From: an uncultured Nitrospirales bacterium
GTDB lineage: Bacteria; Hydrogenedentota; Hydrogenedentia; Hydrogenedentales; Hydrogenedentaceae
NCBI GenBank assembly: GCA_964549105.1
Contig: CAZJTZ010000006.1
Location: 29,273-93,272, forward strand
Direction of reading: 5' to 3'
Length of the DNA stretch: 64,000 bases
The translations under genes were made by a program, and so were the position numbers. The notes below the pieces were generated by a model. It ran no database searches. It had not been told where the DNA came from and saw nothing but the letters and a program-made list of their open reading frames with translations. The stretch's first letter is position 1; each line of letters begins with the position of its first letter. Of the stretch, positions 46,356 through 57,082 are shown in pieces.

Positions 46356-48050
46356 ATGAAGGATACTTATGCCCTGGGCCTGGATTTTGGAACAAATTCT
46401 GTTCGTGCTTTGATTGTAAATGTGCAAACAGGTGAAGAGATAGGGACGGCGGTTGTTAATTATGTCCATGGCGAACAGGGGGTTATCCTATCTTCTAAAG
46501 ACCCCCATCTTGCCCGCCAGCATCCTGAGGATTATATCAGTGGACTGCAACAAGTTGTAAAGGAATCCATTGAGGACGCAAAAAACCACCAGTCGAAATT
46601 TAATCCGGAGGATATTATTGGAATAGGAGTGGATACTACGGGAAGCACGCCAATGCCCATAGACCGTGAAGGGATACCTCTTGCCTTTCATGAAGAGTTT
46701 GCAAATGACCCAAATGCTATGGCATGGCTCTGGAAGGACCATACCTCGTATGCAGAGGCAGAGGAAATTACTCAACAGGCGAAGCAGCAAAGACCTCATT
46801 TTCTTGCGAAATGTGGTGGAACTTACTCGTCAGAGTGGTTCTGGTCAAAATTGCTACATTGCAGACGGATAGCACCAAAGGTATTTACTTCCGCCTATAC
46901 CTGGGTAGAATATGCGGATTGGATACCTGCTATATTGACAGGGACTTCGCATCCCAGTAAGATAAAACGAGGCATCTGTGCAGCAGGACATAAGGCAATG
47001 GCAAATCCTGCGTGGCACGGGTATCCTGATGAAACATTTTTAGGTTCACTTGACCCGGAATTGGCACGGATTCGCCAGACTTTACCTGATGTCCTCTACT
47101 GTGTCAAAGACCGTGCAGGTGAACTAACCTCAGAATGGGCAGAAAAATTATCCTTACGGGTAGGAATCCCTGTGGCAGTAGGTGCATTTGACGCACATTT
47201 AGGAGCCGTAGGCTGCGGAATTGCACCGGGCGTAATGACCAAGATTATTGGCACATCTACCTGCGATATGATGGTCGCACCGATGAATGAACCATTACCT
47301 GACATTCCGGGGCTATGTGGAATTGTGCCTGAATCTATTTTACCTGGCATGTTTGGTTTAGAGGCAGGACAATCTGCCTTTGGCGATATTTACAATTGGT
47401 TTGTGCAATATATTCAACCGGGAGGTCCAGTTGTAGGTTCACACGAAAAATTAACCGAAGAAGCAGAGAAATTAAAACCCGGTGAGAGCGGTCTGTTGGC
47501 ATTAGACTGGCATAATGGCAATCGGACTATCCTTGTTGACCCGCAATTGACAGGTGCTATTTTGGGATTGACCCTTATAACAAAACCTGCTGAAATCTAT
47601 CGTGCATGGGTTGAAGCCACAGCATTTGGTGCACGCGTTATTATGGAACGATGTGAGGAATATGGGGTTAAAGTCAATCGCGTGATTAATTGTGGCGGTA
47701 TTGCTATGAAAAATCCGCTTGTTATGCAAATTTTGGCAGATATTATGGGTAAAACGATGGAGATTTCACGCAGTCAACAGACCTGTGCCCTGGGCTCGGC
47801 TATTTGCGGTTCTGTTGTTGCAGGAAAACAAAACGGTGGATATGATGACTTTGCTTCCGCAGTGAATGCTATGACTGGGGTTCAGGAGACAAAATATACA
47901 CCCAACCCTGAACATCAACAAATCTATAATCAACTTTATAAGTTATACCGTCAACTACACGACGCCTTTGGCACAAGAGAGTATCAGGGCAATCTCGCAA
48001 ATGTTATGAAAGAACTACTCAACATTAGACGAACTGTGACTAAGGAATAG
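46356..48050 (+). CDS. araB: L-ribulokinase (FGGY kinase family)
   Basis: Extensive collinearity with E. coli AraB, for example ALGLDFGTNSVRALIV, GVDTTGSTPMPID, AFHEEFANDPNAMAWLWKDHT, YSSEWFWSKLLH, IKRGICAAGHKA, IGTSTCDMMV, GLEAGQSAFGDIYNWF and ATAFGAR. Confidence 0.85.
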   Translation: MKDTYALGLDFGTNSVRALIVNVQTGEEIGTAVVNYVHGEQGVILSSKDPHLARQHPEDYISGLQQVVKESIEDAKNHQSKFNPEDIIGIGVDTTGSTPMPIDREGIPLAFHEEFANDPNAMAWLWKDHTSYAEAEEITQQAKQQRPHFLAKCGGTYSSEWFWSKLLHCRRIAPKVFTSAYTWVEYADWIPAILTGTSHPSKIKRGICAAGHKAMANPAWHGYPDETFLGSLDPELARIRQTLPDVLYCVKDRAGELTSEWAEKLSLRVGIPVAVGAFDAHLGAVGCGIAPGVMTKIIGTSTCDMMVAPMNEPLPDIPGLCGIVPESILPGMFGLEAGQSAFGDIYNWFVQYIQPGGPVVGSHEKLTEEAEKLKPGESGLLALDWHNGNRTILVDPQLTGAILGLTLITKPAEIYRAWVEATAFGARVIMERCEEYGVKVNRVINCGGIAMKNPLVMQILADIMGKTMEISRSQQTCALGSAICGSVVAGKQNGGYDDFASAVNAMTGVQETKYTPNPEHQQIYNQLYKLYRQLHDAFGTREYQGNLANVMKELLNIRRTVTKE

Positions 48051-48082
48051 GGCATATAAGACTTATACGACGACCTATTTTC

Positions 48083-48970
48083 TTAAATTAAAAAGTCTTC
48101 TTGCCAGCCTAATTTGACAAGTTCGATACGGTTTTCATCTGCATTACCTAAATGATATTTATCCTGAGCAACCTGTATATGGTGCGGTGAAACCACAAAT
48201 GGCTGTTCACTACCAAAGTGTTGTAATCGTTTTGCTTTTAATATGCGCAAGCCTGTTGCGTCGCATGCAACGGGGTCCATTCCCATGACCAATCCCTGAT
48301 AATTCCATGTATATTCCTTATTGTAGTGATGAGGTCCTTTGCCGTGAAACAACGGCGTAATCATTACAAGGATGTTCAATCGTGTTTTGCCCTTCACAAC
48401 AGGCATATCCCACAGACCTGCAAGGTTGGCACAGGAATCTGCATGCCACGAGGGTGGATTATCAGAAAATATGATGTAATTTTTCAGTAAAGTGCCGACC
48501 CCTGCCCAGTGATGGGTTCGCATGGGACGCGTATTGATTAAGGCTGTGCTGTTTTGAAAAATGGGGTTGCGGCTCACACCACGGTCATCCACCGAGACCT
48601 TGTCCATCGGAACACCGACGCTTATTACCCTGGATTTCAAAATGTCCTCTAATTCTACAGGTGTTCGTGGTGGTCCACCTACATTGGTTTTGATTCCTAC
48701 AATATCTTCTGGTTTAATAATTTTTTTCCATGCTTCCTCTGGCGTAGCAGTCTGGAATAGATTTTTGACTCCTTCATCTACCATCTTTTCAAGCACAGAT
48801 TTGTTGATTGTCTCGTCAGCATTTAATAGGTCTTTATCTCGGATGACAATCACACGAGACTTTTCCCCGACTTGTGGGGCATTTGTGTCGGCATGGGTAT
48901 AAGACGAGGCTATAAGATATGCAGTACCCATCGCACCTGTTTGTAAAAACTCTCTACGCGTCGGTTTCAT
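48083..48970 (-). CDS. TAT-signal protein with DUF362-like domain
   Basis: MKPTRREFLQTGAMGTAYLIA Tat motif. IVGIKTNVGG resembles the DUF362 IKPN core. Function unknown. Confidence 0.4.
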   Translation of the reverse strand: MKPTRREFLQTGAMGTAYLIASSYTHADTNAPQVGEKSRVIVIRDKDLLNADETINKSVLEKMVDEGVKNLFQTATPEEAWKKIIKPEDIVGIKTNVGGPPRTPVELEDILKSRVISVGVPMDKVSVDDRGVSRNPIFQNSTALINTRPMRTHHWAGVGTLLKNYIIFSDNPPSWHADSCANLAGLWDMPVVKGKTRLNILVMITPLFHGKGPHHYNKEYTWNYQGLVMGMDPVACDATGLRILKAKRLQHFGSEQPFVVSPHHIQVAQDKYHLGNADENRIELVKLGWQEDFLI

Positions 48971-48980
48971 GTTTTGTCTC

Positions 48981-49910
48981 CTATTTTTTTATTTTTTGAA
49001 CGATTTGATTCAAATATGAATTGGCTATTTCTTCCTGTTTCCAATCTGTAATAAGTATAAGATAGTTTTCGCAAGGATGGATAAGAATAGACTTGAATCC
49101 GAACAGTTTGGATTGTTCTTCTTCACTTAATTCTCTTGATTTATCAAGAAGATTTTTTAAGTTCTGTTCGGCAAGCAAGGTTGCTTCTTTTTTAGGATAG
49201 CGTATCACAATCACATTCATTTGTTCCTGCTGCTCTGGAAGGTTATATCGGACTAAAACTCCTTCTGTATCCTTTCCCAGTTGCAATACATTTTCCTCTG
49301 TTATGTAATAATGCACTTTGAACAGGTTGTAATCATTAAAGTAATGGAGATTACTTTTTACCAGTCCTTTCTCAGGGAGTAAATCAACAATTCGAGGAGG
49401 GTTCCCTTTATTGGGTATTTGCTGGTCAATTATTTTACCTAACTCTATTACTGTCTGTTTTATCTCGGGCGAATCACCCATGCCTGTAATAGACACGAAA
49501 TAGTGGTCTTTCCAGAAAGCAAGGGAGTTGTTCATACATTCTGATTCTATGCCTATTCCAATATCCTCCTGGTCACGAATATCATTATGATACGCACCAT
49601 ACGCAGAACTCGAATTTCCCATATCAAAAATATCTAACCATATTTCTACCTGTTGCGGATTTGTCCAACGATATGCCAGAACCTCCTTCACCCCTAATGA
49701 ACGATATACCTCTGCATTGCCGTCAATATAATCGAAAAGCGTATCTGCATTGTAGCAGTCAGGTTTAGGATTAGCCAAATTCCATTGGTTGACTTTACCG
49801 GGAAAAACAAAGTTAATTTTTTTACAATTGTCGCTTGGAGTATTCATAGTTGAGCAGGATACCAGGAGTAAAAAACAAATTAAAAAACTATATAATTTTA
49901 CCATAGACAT
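48981..49910 (-). CDS. Hypothetical lipoprotein
   Basis: Signal peptide with lipobox LLVSC (MSMVKLYSFLICFLLLVSCSTMN). No recognisable domain. Confidence 0.4.
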   Translation of the reverse strand: MSMVKLYSFLICFLLLVSCSTMNTPSDNCKKINFVFPGKVNQWNLANPKPDCYNADTLFDYIDGNAEVYRSLGVKEVLAYRWTNPQQVEIWLDIFDMGNSSSAYGAYHNDIRDQEDIGIGIESECMNNSLAFWKDHYFVSITGMGDSPEIKQTVIELGKIIDQQIPNKGNPPRIVDLLPEKGLVKSNLHYFNDYNLFKVHYYITEENVLQLGKDTEGVLVRYNLPEQQEQMNVIVIRYPKKEATLLAEQNLKNLLDKSRELSEEEQSKLFGFKSILIHPCENYLILITDWKQEEIANSYLNQIVQKIKK

Positions 49911-50157
49911 TACTATTTATTCCTTAAAAATCGTTTTATCATATAATATTATATACCTTAAAAAAATTTTTACAAAAATGGCAGATAAAAGATATAAACG
50001 AATGAACATCTTTTATTAACTGAAAGTCATTTTTGCAACTGGGAAATAGTGGCAGATATCTATTTTTTTAGTTGTCTGTGGGAAATATATTTGATATAAT
50101 AAGGCTTCTTTACAACGCCTAATAAATAAAACCCAAAACCGTAATGAGGAGTAAAAT

Positions 50158-50598
50158 ATGTCATTACGAACTTACGAAGCGCTGTTTATTGTCAGTCCTG
50201 AAGTGGAAGACGATGGCATCCAGGCGATAGCCCGCGAGACCGAAAATCTGGTCGTAAAAGGCGGAGGGTCTATCGTGCGCTCCGAAGTATGGGGTCGTCG
50301 CAGATTGGCTTACAAGGTCAAAAAATTCACAGAAGGTGTCTATATTTTGATACGATTCCAATCTTCCCCCAACTTCATAGCGCGACTGGAAAATTATTTC
50401 CGCCTTAACGAACAAATCATTCGCCACATTGTTGTTTACTTCGATGAGAAGGCACTTCGATTGGAAGAAGAACAGGAGCGGAGACGCCAGCAGTTGTCGG
50501 AATCTGGGTATGCCCCGCAATCAGAAGTAGATGAAGAAGATAACCTTACTCCCATTCCTACTCATATTGATGAGAAAGAGGAAGGAGAAGAAGATTAA
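50158..50598 (+). CDS. rpsF: 30S ribosomal protein bS6 with acidic C-terminal tail
   Basis: MSLRTYEALFIVSPEV...WGRRRLAYKV family signature. Sits in the rpsF-ssb-rpsR context. Confidence 0.9.
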   Translation: MSLRTYEALFIVSPEVEDDGIQAIARETENLVVKGGGSIVRSEVWGRRRLAYKVKKFTEGVYILIRFQSSPNFIARLENYFRLNEQIIRHIVVYFDEKALRLEEEQERRRQQLSESGYAPQSEVDEEDNLTPIPTHIDEKEEGEED

Positions 50599-50624
50599 CC
50601 TCTAACATAGGAACGAATAATTTT

Positions 50625-51143
50625 ATGTCAGATGTTCGAGTTCCTGATTTAAATATTGTTCTGATTGCAGGTAGAGTTGTCCGAGAACCGGATACTCGTT
50701 CCACTTCGAGTGGGAGAGTCTTTTCACGATTTACTCTGGCAAACAATCGTCGGTTCAAGGGAAAAGATGGAAATTTTAAGGAAGAAGCTGTTTTTGTGAG
50801 TGTTGTAATGTGGGACCGTCAGGCGGAATATGCGAGTCAACAATTGCGAAAAGGTAGGCCTGTTCTTGTAGAAGGTCGGCTTCAGTTAAACGAGTGGGAA
50901 GACCGAGCAACGAATCAGCGTCGGTCACGACTCGAAATTGTAGCACGGCGTATTAGTCTTCTTGACAAGACGACTACGGAATTGGAACCTTTCGATGCAG
51001 AGGGAATACCGCCCGATGAAGAAGTAGAACCTTATCCTGAGTCCTATCCAAACCAGGGGAAAGGTCCTTCTCCTTCAACTCCCAAAGACAATAATTCACG
51101 GAACAACTGGGACCAGTCCCCTGAAGATGATGTTCCTTTCTAA
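50625..51143 (+). CDS. ssb: Single-stranded DNA-binding protein
   Basis: OB-fold N-terminus (NIVLIAGRVVREPDTR...LANNRRFK...VVMWDRQAE...LRKGRPVLVEGRLQ). Disordered Gly/Pro/Glu tail ending in the acidic tip EDDVPF. Confidence 0.9.
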   Translation: MSDVRVPDLNIVLIAGRVVREPDTRSTSSGRVFSRFTLANNRRFKGKDGNFKEEAVFVSVVMWDRQAEYASQQLRKGRPVLVEGRLQLNEWEDRATNQRRSRLEIVARRISLLDKTTTELEPFDAEGIPPDEEVEPYPESYPNQGKGPSPSTPKDNNSRNNWDQSPEDDVPF

Positions 51144-51241
51144 CCCTGTATCTGACGAAGATAAACGACAACCAGCCTTTTGAATTCAAATCATTTATTT
51201 AAACTTACTTAACAAAATAAAATAATAAGGAATAATGTCCT

Positions 51242-51523
51242 ATGGCACACATTTCCGCAAAAGCAAAATCAAAAATTCGGATGAAACGGTTAAAGAGAAG
51301 AAAGAAGAGAAGAATATATAAGAAGAAGATTAGTCGGCTAACCATAGAACGAATAGTATATATAGACTATAAAGATACAAATTTATTGAGACATTATATA
51401 ACGGAACGAGGAAAGATTATCCCTCGTCGAATCACCGGTGCTACAGCGAAACAGCAACGCATGCTTACACAGGCAATTAAATTGGCTCGTCAAATTGCGT
51501 TGCTTCCGTTTGTAGCAGAATAA
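51242..51523 (+). CDS. rpsR: 30S ribosomal protein bS18
   Basis: [50 protein letters not shown] is the bS18 signature. Confidence 0.9.
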   Translation: MAHISAKAKSKIRMKRLKRRKKRRIYKKKISRLTIERIVYIDYKDTNLLRHYITERGKIIPRRITGATAKQQRMLTQAIKLARQIALLPFVAE

Positions 51524-51566
51524 AGTGTAGACACCCTTTCAGAGTCATTTTAATAGCACTATTATT

Positions 51567-52565
51567 ATGTCCAGTTTGCTGACAAAAATATTGTTTCTCA
51601 TATTGGCTACGGCTTACCTGACAGGGGAAGGAGTTCTCATCTTACTTCCCCTTGTCTCGGTACCTGTTATCGGTTTAACAGTAGCAAGGAAGTCGTGGCT
51701 TCGTGTTGGGGCTCTCTGTGTTGCCCTCGGGGTGGGTATCATCGCAGGAGCCTTAATTGAGTCTATTCCTTTCACTGTCAGCACACTTTTAGTATGGGTT
51801 ATGATTTTGTTGGCAAGCATATTATCAAGCATTGCCGTAGGGTTGACATTAAGAAAGTATTCGTGGAGTCGCTGTCTTGTCCTGACTACCGGCGCCATAT
51901 TTATCGTGACTACTGCTATTACCATGTATTTTTGGGACGATTTACGGAGAGATTTAACCATTTCTATTAATGCGCGAATTGCGGAGATTAAGGAACTGGA
52001 AAAAGGACAGGAAGCCAGCGATTCTGGAGGAACTTCAGACAGTTTTGTGGAAGGATTAAAATATTTAGATTACCACTGGGAAGATTTTCATTTAGGTATG
52101 GCTTTAGGTCAAAGTATGATATTAGCCCTTGTAACAATGAGTTGGATGGTTACCCGATTAAGGGTCTTTCCTACAGAAGATGGAATACATTATTGGGATA
52201 ACCCCAATCTGGGAAGTTTTACGCAAGTAAGACCTCCTGACTATTTGGTCTGGCTTGCTATATTGGTAGCACTGATTCTTATTTATGACCAGTATTATAA
52301 TGTAGGTGAAATTGCTCGAATTGTTGCCCGAAATCTGGCAGTGGCTTTAAGTTTTGTCTATTGGCTCAATGGATTGAGTATACTTTTGTTCTGTACCTTT
52401 CTGTTTCAATGGAATGTGATACTGACACTTATTATTGTCCTTTTTATTTTTGGCTTATGGAGTTTTCCCATACTTGCCATTTTCGGCTTTTTTGATACCT
52501 GGTGGGAGTTTCGGAACTCACTTTTGAGGTTTTACAATCGCATCAGTCCTAAAACTAACAGTTAA
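51567..52565 (+). CDS. Polytopic membrane protein, YybS/DUF2232-like (position-conserved between rpsR and rplI)
   Basis: About 8 predicted TM helices. The assignment rests mainly on the synteny rpsR-[membrane protein]-rplI seen in Firmicutes-type arrangements; no diagnostic motif was verified. Confidence 0.4.
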   Translation: MSSLLTKILFLILATAYLTGEGVLILLPLVSVPVIGLTVARKSWLRVGALCVALGVGIIAGALIESIPFTVSTLLVWVMILLASILSSIAVGLTLRKYSWSRCLVLTTGAIFIVTTAITMYFWDDLRRDLTISINARIAEIKELEKGQEASDSGGTSDSFVEGLKYLDYHWEDFHLGMALGQSMILALVTMSWMVTRLRVFPTEDGIHYWDNPNLGSFTQVRPPDYLVWLAILVALILIYDQYYNVGEIARIVARNLAVALSFVYWLNGLSILLFCTFLFQWNVILTLIIVLFIFGLWSFPILAIFGFFDTWWEFRNSLLRFYNRISPKTNS

Positions 52566-52626
52566 ACTCGAAACAACAGTTATAAAATAACTATAATTAA
52601 ATAACAATTATTCGGGAGAAAAGAAT

Positions 52627-53103
52627 ATGAAAGTGATATTATCTCGCGACATCGAAAATCTGGGTAAAGTAGGAGAAACAGTTGAAGTTTCAGATGGCTA
52701 CGGACGCAACTATTTGATTCCGCGTAAACTTGCCGTGTCCGTGCAATCTGCTTCGGCTGCAGAAATTCGCCATCACCTTGATATTATTCAACGGCGCGAA
52801 GCAAAACGAAAGACTGAACTTGAATCCATCGCAAAGCAACTCAATGCAATTACTATTGAGTTTAAAATGCGTGCAGGCGACGAGGAAAAGTTGTTTGGTT
52901 CTGTTACATCTGCAATGATTACGGAGGAACTCCAAAAGATGAATTTTGATATTGACCGCAAGCAAATTCTTTTGGAAGAGCCTATTAAGACTCTGGGTAT
53001 TTTCTCCGTTCCTATAAAATTAGGAAGTGGTGTAATCGCAGAAGTTAAAGTCTGGGTTAGTCAACTTACTGGCGAGATTAATACAGAAATATCAGCCAAC
53101 TAA
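52627..53103 (+). CDS. rplI: 50S ribosomal protein bL9
   Basis: MKVILSRDIENLGKVGETVEVSDGYGRNYLIPRKLA is the bL9 N-domain signature. Confidence 0.9.
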   Translation: MKVILSRDIENLGKVGETVEVSDGYGRNYLIPRKLAVSVQSASAAEIRHHLDIIQRREAKRKTELESIAKQLNAITIEFKMRAGDEEKLFGSVTSAMITEELQKMNFDIDRKQILLEEPIKTLGIFSVPIKLGSGVIAEVKVWVSQLTGEINTEISAN

Positions 53104-53108
53104 TATAT

Positions 53109-54569
53109 ATGCCCACTTCTCGAAAGAAAGAAAAGACAAGAGAGAAATTATCTCCTACGGTTTTTGACCGCGAACCGCCAAAGTCTATTGAGGCGGAACG
53201 CTCTATGTTGGGAGCCATTCTCTTAAATCCCGAATCTCTTTCTAATGCTCTGGAAATATTCGGTTTTAACACTGATAATATTTTTTATCATCACCCCCAC
53301 CAGACAATATTTGATGCTATTAATGATATCTATCAAAATTCTCAAAATAAGCCTGATATAAATGCGGTAGCCAGTTATCTTGAATCTAAGAAACAATTAG
53401 CCGATGTTGGGGGAGTGGCTTACCTTTCTGAACTGATAAATTGCGTCTCTACTTCGGGGAATATAAATTACTATGCCACCACTGTAATGGAAATGGCTCT
53501 TTTACGAAGGCTTATTGACCAGTGCAGTAATATTGTCGGAAGAGCCTATGAGTCACAAACCTCTGTTAAGGAACTTATTGACCAGGCAGAAAGCGAAATT
53601 TTTACTATTGCTGCTCAGCGAAAGACAAATCCCATTTATGCACTAAAAAGTCTTCTTCTCCCTGTTGTAGAAAATCTTGAAACGCGGATAAAGAGTGGAG
53701 AAGTTATTACAGGTTTATCCACCGGTTTTGATATTCTTGATTATTATCTATGTGGGTTACAACCATCAGAAATGGTAGTGCTGGCGGCTCGGCCTTCCGT
53801 AGGGAAAACCGCATTTGCTTTAAACATTGCACATCATGCTGCTCTCACGGATAAAAAAGGGGTGTTGATTTTTAGTCTGGAAATGTCAAAAGAGCAACTT
53901 ATCCAACGACTTATATGTATGGTAGGCAAGGTAGATGGGCAAATGATGCGAAAGACTTATCTGGCGAAGAAAGTTTTACCGGATATTGTCGAAGCAGGTG
54001 GACAACTTATGAACGCACCTATCTATATTGATGATACGCCCAATATAAATATCATGGAACTTCGTTCTAAAGCGAGAAGACATCTCTTACAACATCCCGA
54101 TGTGCAACTTATTATCATTGACTATCTTCAATTAATGAGTGTACCCTATCGTGGAGAAAATAGGCAGGTGGAGATTGCTGAAATTTCTCGACAGGTCAAA
54201 GGATTAGCACGCGAGTTGGGAGTTCCTATTCTGGCGTTGTGCCAGTTAAGCCGAGAAGCAGAACGGGAATCTGCAGAACCGCGTTTAGCACATTTACGCG
54301 AATCAGGTGCCATTGAACAGGATGCAGATGTTGTGCTTATGCTGTATCAGGATAAGAAAGAAGAAAAAGAAGTAGAAAAAACAAAGCACAAGCCTAAAGA
54401 CTCGATAACTACTTACTTAAAAATTGCAAAACAAAGAAATGGTCCCACCGGGATTATTAAATTGGCATTTCATCGCACCCATCAATTATTTCTACAAGTA
54501 AGTGAAGTAGATGAGTCGGGTGAACCTATATCAAAGTCTTATGTAGAACAAGAAGAGAGTCCATTTTAA
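53109..54569 (+). CDS. dnaB: Replicative DNA helicase
   Basis: N-terminal primase-interaction domain, Walker A in AARPSVGKTAFALNIA, SLEMS, Walker B IIIDYLQLM and arginine finger QLSRE. Length 486 aa. Confidence 0.9.
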   Translation: MPTSRKKEKTREKLSPTVFDREPPKSIEAERSMLGAILLNPESLSNALEIFGFNTDNIFYHHPHQTIFDAINDIYQNSQNKPDINAVASYLESKKQLADVGGVAYLSELINCVSTSGNINYYATTVMEMALLRRLIDQCSNIVGRAYESQTSVKELIDQAESEIFTIAAQRKTNPIYALKSLLLPVVENLETRIKSGEVITGLSTGFDILDYYLCGLQPSEMVVLAARPSVGKTAFALNIAHHAALTDKKGVLIFSLEMSKEQLIQRLICMVGKVDGQMMRKTYLAKKVLPDIVEAGGQLMNAPIYIDDTPNINIMELRSKARRHLLQHPDVQLIIIDYLQLMSVPYRGENRQVEIAEISRQVKGLARELGVPILALCQLSREAERESAEPRLAHLRESGAIEQDADVVLMLYQDKKEEKEVEKTKHKPKDSITTYLKIAKQRNGPTGIIKLAFHRTHQLFLQVSEVDESGEPISKSYVEQEESPF

Positions 54570-54594
54570 GATTAAAGAATAAAGGAGCAAAAAT

Positions 54595-55464
54595 ATGATT
54601 AAAGGTTCATGGGTTGCATTAGCAACACCTTTTAATGAAAATTTTGAAGTAGATTTTGATGCTTACGGAAAATTGGTTGATTTTAACATTGAGCGTGGGA
54701 CACATGGATTAGTTCCATGCGGTTGCACAGGTGAAGCGGCAACCTTATCCCATGAAGAGCAAAAGAAATGTATTCGTTTTGTTATGGAACGAGTTGCAGG
54801 TCGCATTCCTGTCGTTGCAGGGGCAGGTTCTAACAATACGATGGAAGCCGTTGAACTGACTCGTTTCGCTAAAGAAGTGGGATGTGACGGTGCTCTATTA
54901 ATTACCCCATATTACAACAAACCTACACAGGCAGGACTCCTTGCTCATTACAAAAAAATCGCAAATGAGGTAGATATACCAATAATACTATACAATGTGC
55001 CCAGCAGGACAGGCATTAAACTTGAAGCAGAGACTGTTGCCGAACTTAATAAAATACCAAATATAGTAGCAATTAAAGAAGCAGGTGGAAGTGTGGACCA
55101 GGTTTCTCAAATCCTTTCCCTATGCGATATAACAGTTCTATCAGGTGACGACAGTTTGACCTTGCCTATGATGTCTGTCGGTGCTGTGGGTGTTATTTCT
55201 GTTGCTGCGAATGTCGTTCCCGCAGAACTTGCCAAGATGTGCACATTAGCCCTAGAAGGAAACTATGCTCAGGCGAGGGAAATACATTATCGTCTTATGC
55301 CTCTGTTTAAAGCACTGTTTTATGAAACCAATCCAATGCCTGTTAAAGCCGCTCTAGCACGAATGGGTATGATTAAAAATGTGCTTCGATTGCCTCTTGT
55401 TCCTATGAGTGAGCCTCAGTTCAAACGACTTGAACAAGTCCTCCAAAAATTGCAACTCATTTAA
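54595..55464 (+). CDS. dapA: 4-hydroxy-tetrahydrodipicolinate synthase
   Basis: ALATPF...GTHGLVPCGCTGEAATLSHEE and Schiff-base Lys region IVAIKEAGG. Confidence 0.9.
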   Translation: MIKGSWVALATPFNENFEVDFDAYGKLVDFNIERGTHGLVPCGCTGEAATLSHEEQKKCIRFVMERVAGRIPVVAGAGSNNTMEAVELTRFAKEVGCDGALLITPYYNKPTQAGLLAHYKKIANEVDIPIILYNVPSRTGIKLEAETVAELNKIPNIVAIKEAGGSVDQVSQILSLCDITVLSGDDSLTLPMMSVGAVGVISVAANVVPAELAKMCTLALEGNYAQAREIHYRLMPLFKALFYETNPMPVKAALARMGMIKNVLRLPLVPMSEPQFKRLEQVLQKLQLI

Positions 55465-55483
55465 TTTCTCGAAAACATAAAAA

Positions 55484-57082
55484 TCAAGTTTTTCTTTGGT
55501 ATAGCGTTATACTTAATCCCCAGAAAGAAACATCTTGAACTCGTTGCCAATTTTCGTCCAGATATTTTCTAATGGGTTCTGTATGTGGTTTATATTCAAA
55601 AGTAAGTCCGTGTGATTCCAAAAACCATAAACGCTGATAGTTTTTCGTGGCTTGTGTAATAGGAACGGGTAATAATCCATGCCGTTCCAATAAAGTGGTG
55701 TTACCAAAACTATCAATGTGTACCTGCACATCAATGGCGCTCATGCCCACTCGACACTGGGGGTAACCTTCTAAATAATGTAGCATAGAAGGAGCCATAA
55801 AGTGGCTTGGGTAAATCACAATATCACCTTTTTGAAAATGTTTACGAATATAATGGGTAACGCTACGAAAATCAACTTTATCATAAACACCCAATCGGTG
55901 CATCTCTACGGGATGCAGCCTTAAAGAATAGTAGTCCCTCAAACAAAACCCTGTGAGCAAAACAAACATCAATAAAACCAGAGCACGGGTAGGATGGAAT
56001 TTTATTCCATGAATCCCTTCGGCTATCACAAATAAAGCAACTACACCTGAAAAGATAAACAAACGATGTTCATAAAATGAAAAATTACGAGAACTCCAAA
56101 AAAATACATTGCAAAAGATTGGGACCAGGCTCATTAGTAATACATAAAAACATTTCTCCGTTTGTTTTTTATATGACCATAAACCCCAGACAAAAAGGCA
56201 TGCAGATAGCAAGAATAAAGCCCAGTAAACAGTGCTATTCGGTGTATAGCCTGCAAAGAAATTTTTCCATGTAATAAAACCTGTTTTGATAGTAGGATTG
56301 GGATACCATACATAGCGAATGTTCGAGATAATCGCATGGAAATACCATGCAAGATATAACGAAGGTAAAACCAGCAAACCAGCAATAAAATTCGTCCAGA
56401 ACCATTTGCGAAATAAGTTGCGTCTGCCCAAACATATAACAATCAGGAGAAACAAGTCGGTTATAAAGATGGACCAGACGCTAAAATAGTGAGAATACAT
56501 GAGCAAAACAAATATAGTCCCCAGACCCATCCAATCTTTCCACTCGTTCTTTGACAATATGCGTAGTAAGAAGAGAAGTCCTATAAGGTTTAATAACACA
56601 TAGAAAGAGTATATTCTCAATTCCTGTGCATAATAAATCTGAAACGGTGATATGACAAACAATAAAGTAGCAACAATCACAGTGAAAGGTCGGTCAACCA
56701 TCCGTTTTGCTACATAGAAAAAAATAATAATAGATAATATGCTCCAGAGACATGGCAACAATCGCCACGCAAAATCATCATATACCGAATATTGCTCCCA
56801 GAATCGTATGCTATCCAGCAATTTACCCCAAAGGAAGGTGAGTAATGGATTTATCGGTGGCTCATTGTTAAGTAGAGGCGATAGAAAACTGCCTTTCCAG
56901 TCCACTAATTTACTCAATTGAATCGAAGCACATTCATCATACCACAGACTTTGCGAACCCAACTTAAATAGTCTAAGAAAAACCCCTAACGGAAGTAAGA
57001 ACAGCCAGAAAACATATTCCATGACCTTTTTCTTAAACTTATCAACTTGCTCTTGCCTTATTTCTTCTTTTGTGCGAACCAT
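55484..57082 (-). CDS. GT-C fold membrane glycosyltransferase (ArnT/PMT-like, GT39/GT83-type)
   Basis: About 12 TM helices with SLWYDECASI, a DE motif, in the first extracytoplasmic loop, plus a C-terminal soluble domain. Confidence 0.55.
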   Translation of the reverse strand: MVRTKEEIRQEQVDKFKKKVMEYVFWLFLLPLGVFLRLFKLGSQSLWYDECASIQLSKLVDWKGSFLSPLLNNEPPINPLLTFLWGKLLDSIRFWEQYSVYDDFAWRLLPCLWSILSIIIFFYVAKRMVDRPFTVIVATLLFVISPFQIYYAQELRIYSFYVLLNLIGLLFLLRILSKNEWKDWMGLGTIFVLLMYSHYFSVWSIFITDLFLLIVICLGRRNLFRKWFWTNFIAGLLVLPSLYLAWYFHAIISNIRYVWYPNPTIKTGFITWKNFFAGYTPNSTVYWALFLLSACLFVWGLWSYKKQTEKCFYVLLMSLVPIFCNVFFWSSRNFSFYEHRLFIFSGVVALFVIAEGIHGIKFHPTRALVLLMFVLLTGFCLRDYYSLRLHPVEMHRLGVYDKVDFRSVTHYIRKHFQKGDIVIYPSHFMAPSMLHYLEGYPQCRVGMSAIDVQVHIDSFGNTTLLERHGLLPVPITQATKNYQRLWFLESHGLTFEYKPHTEPIRKYLDENWQRVQDVSFWGLSITLYQRKT

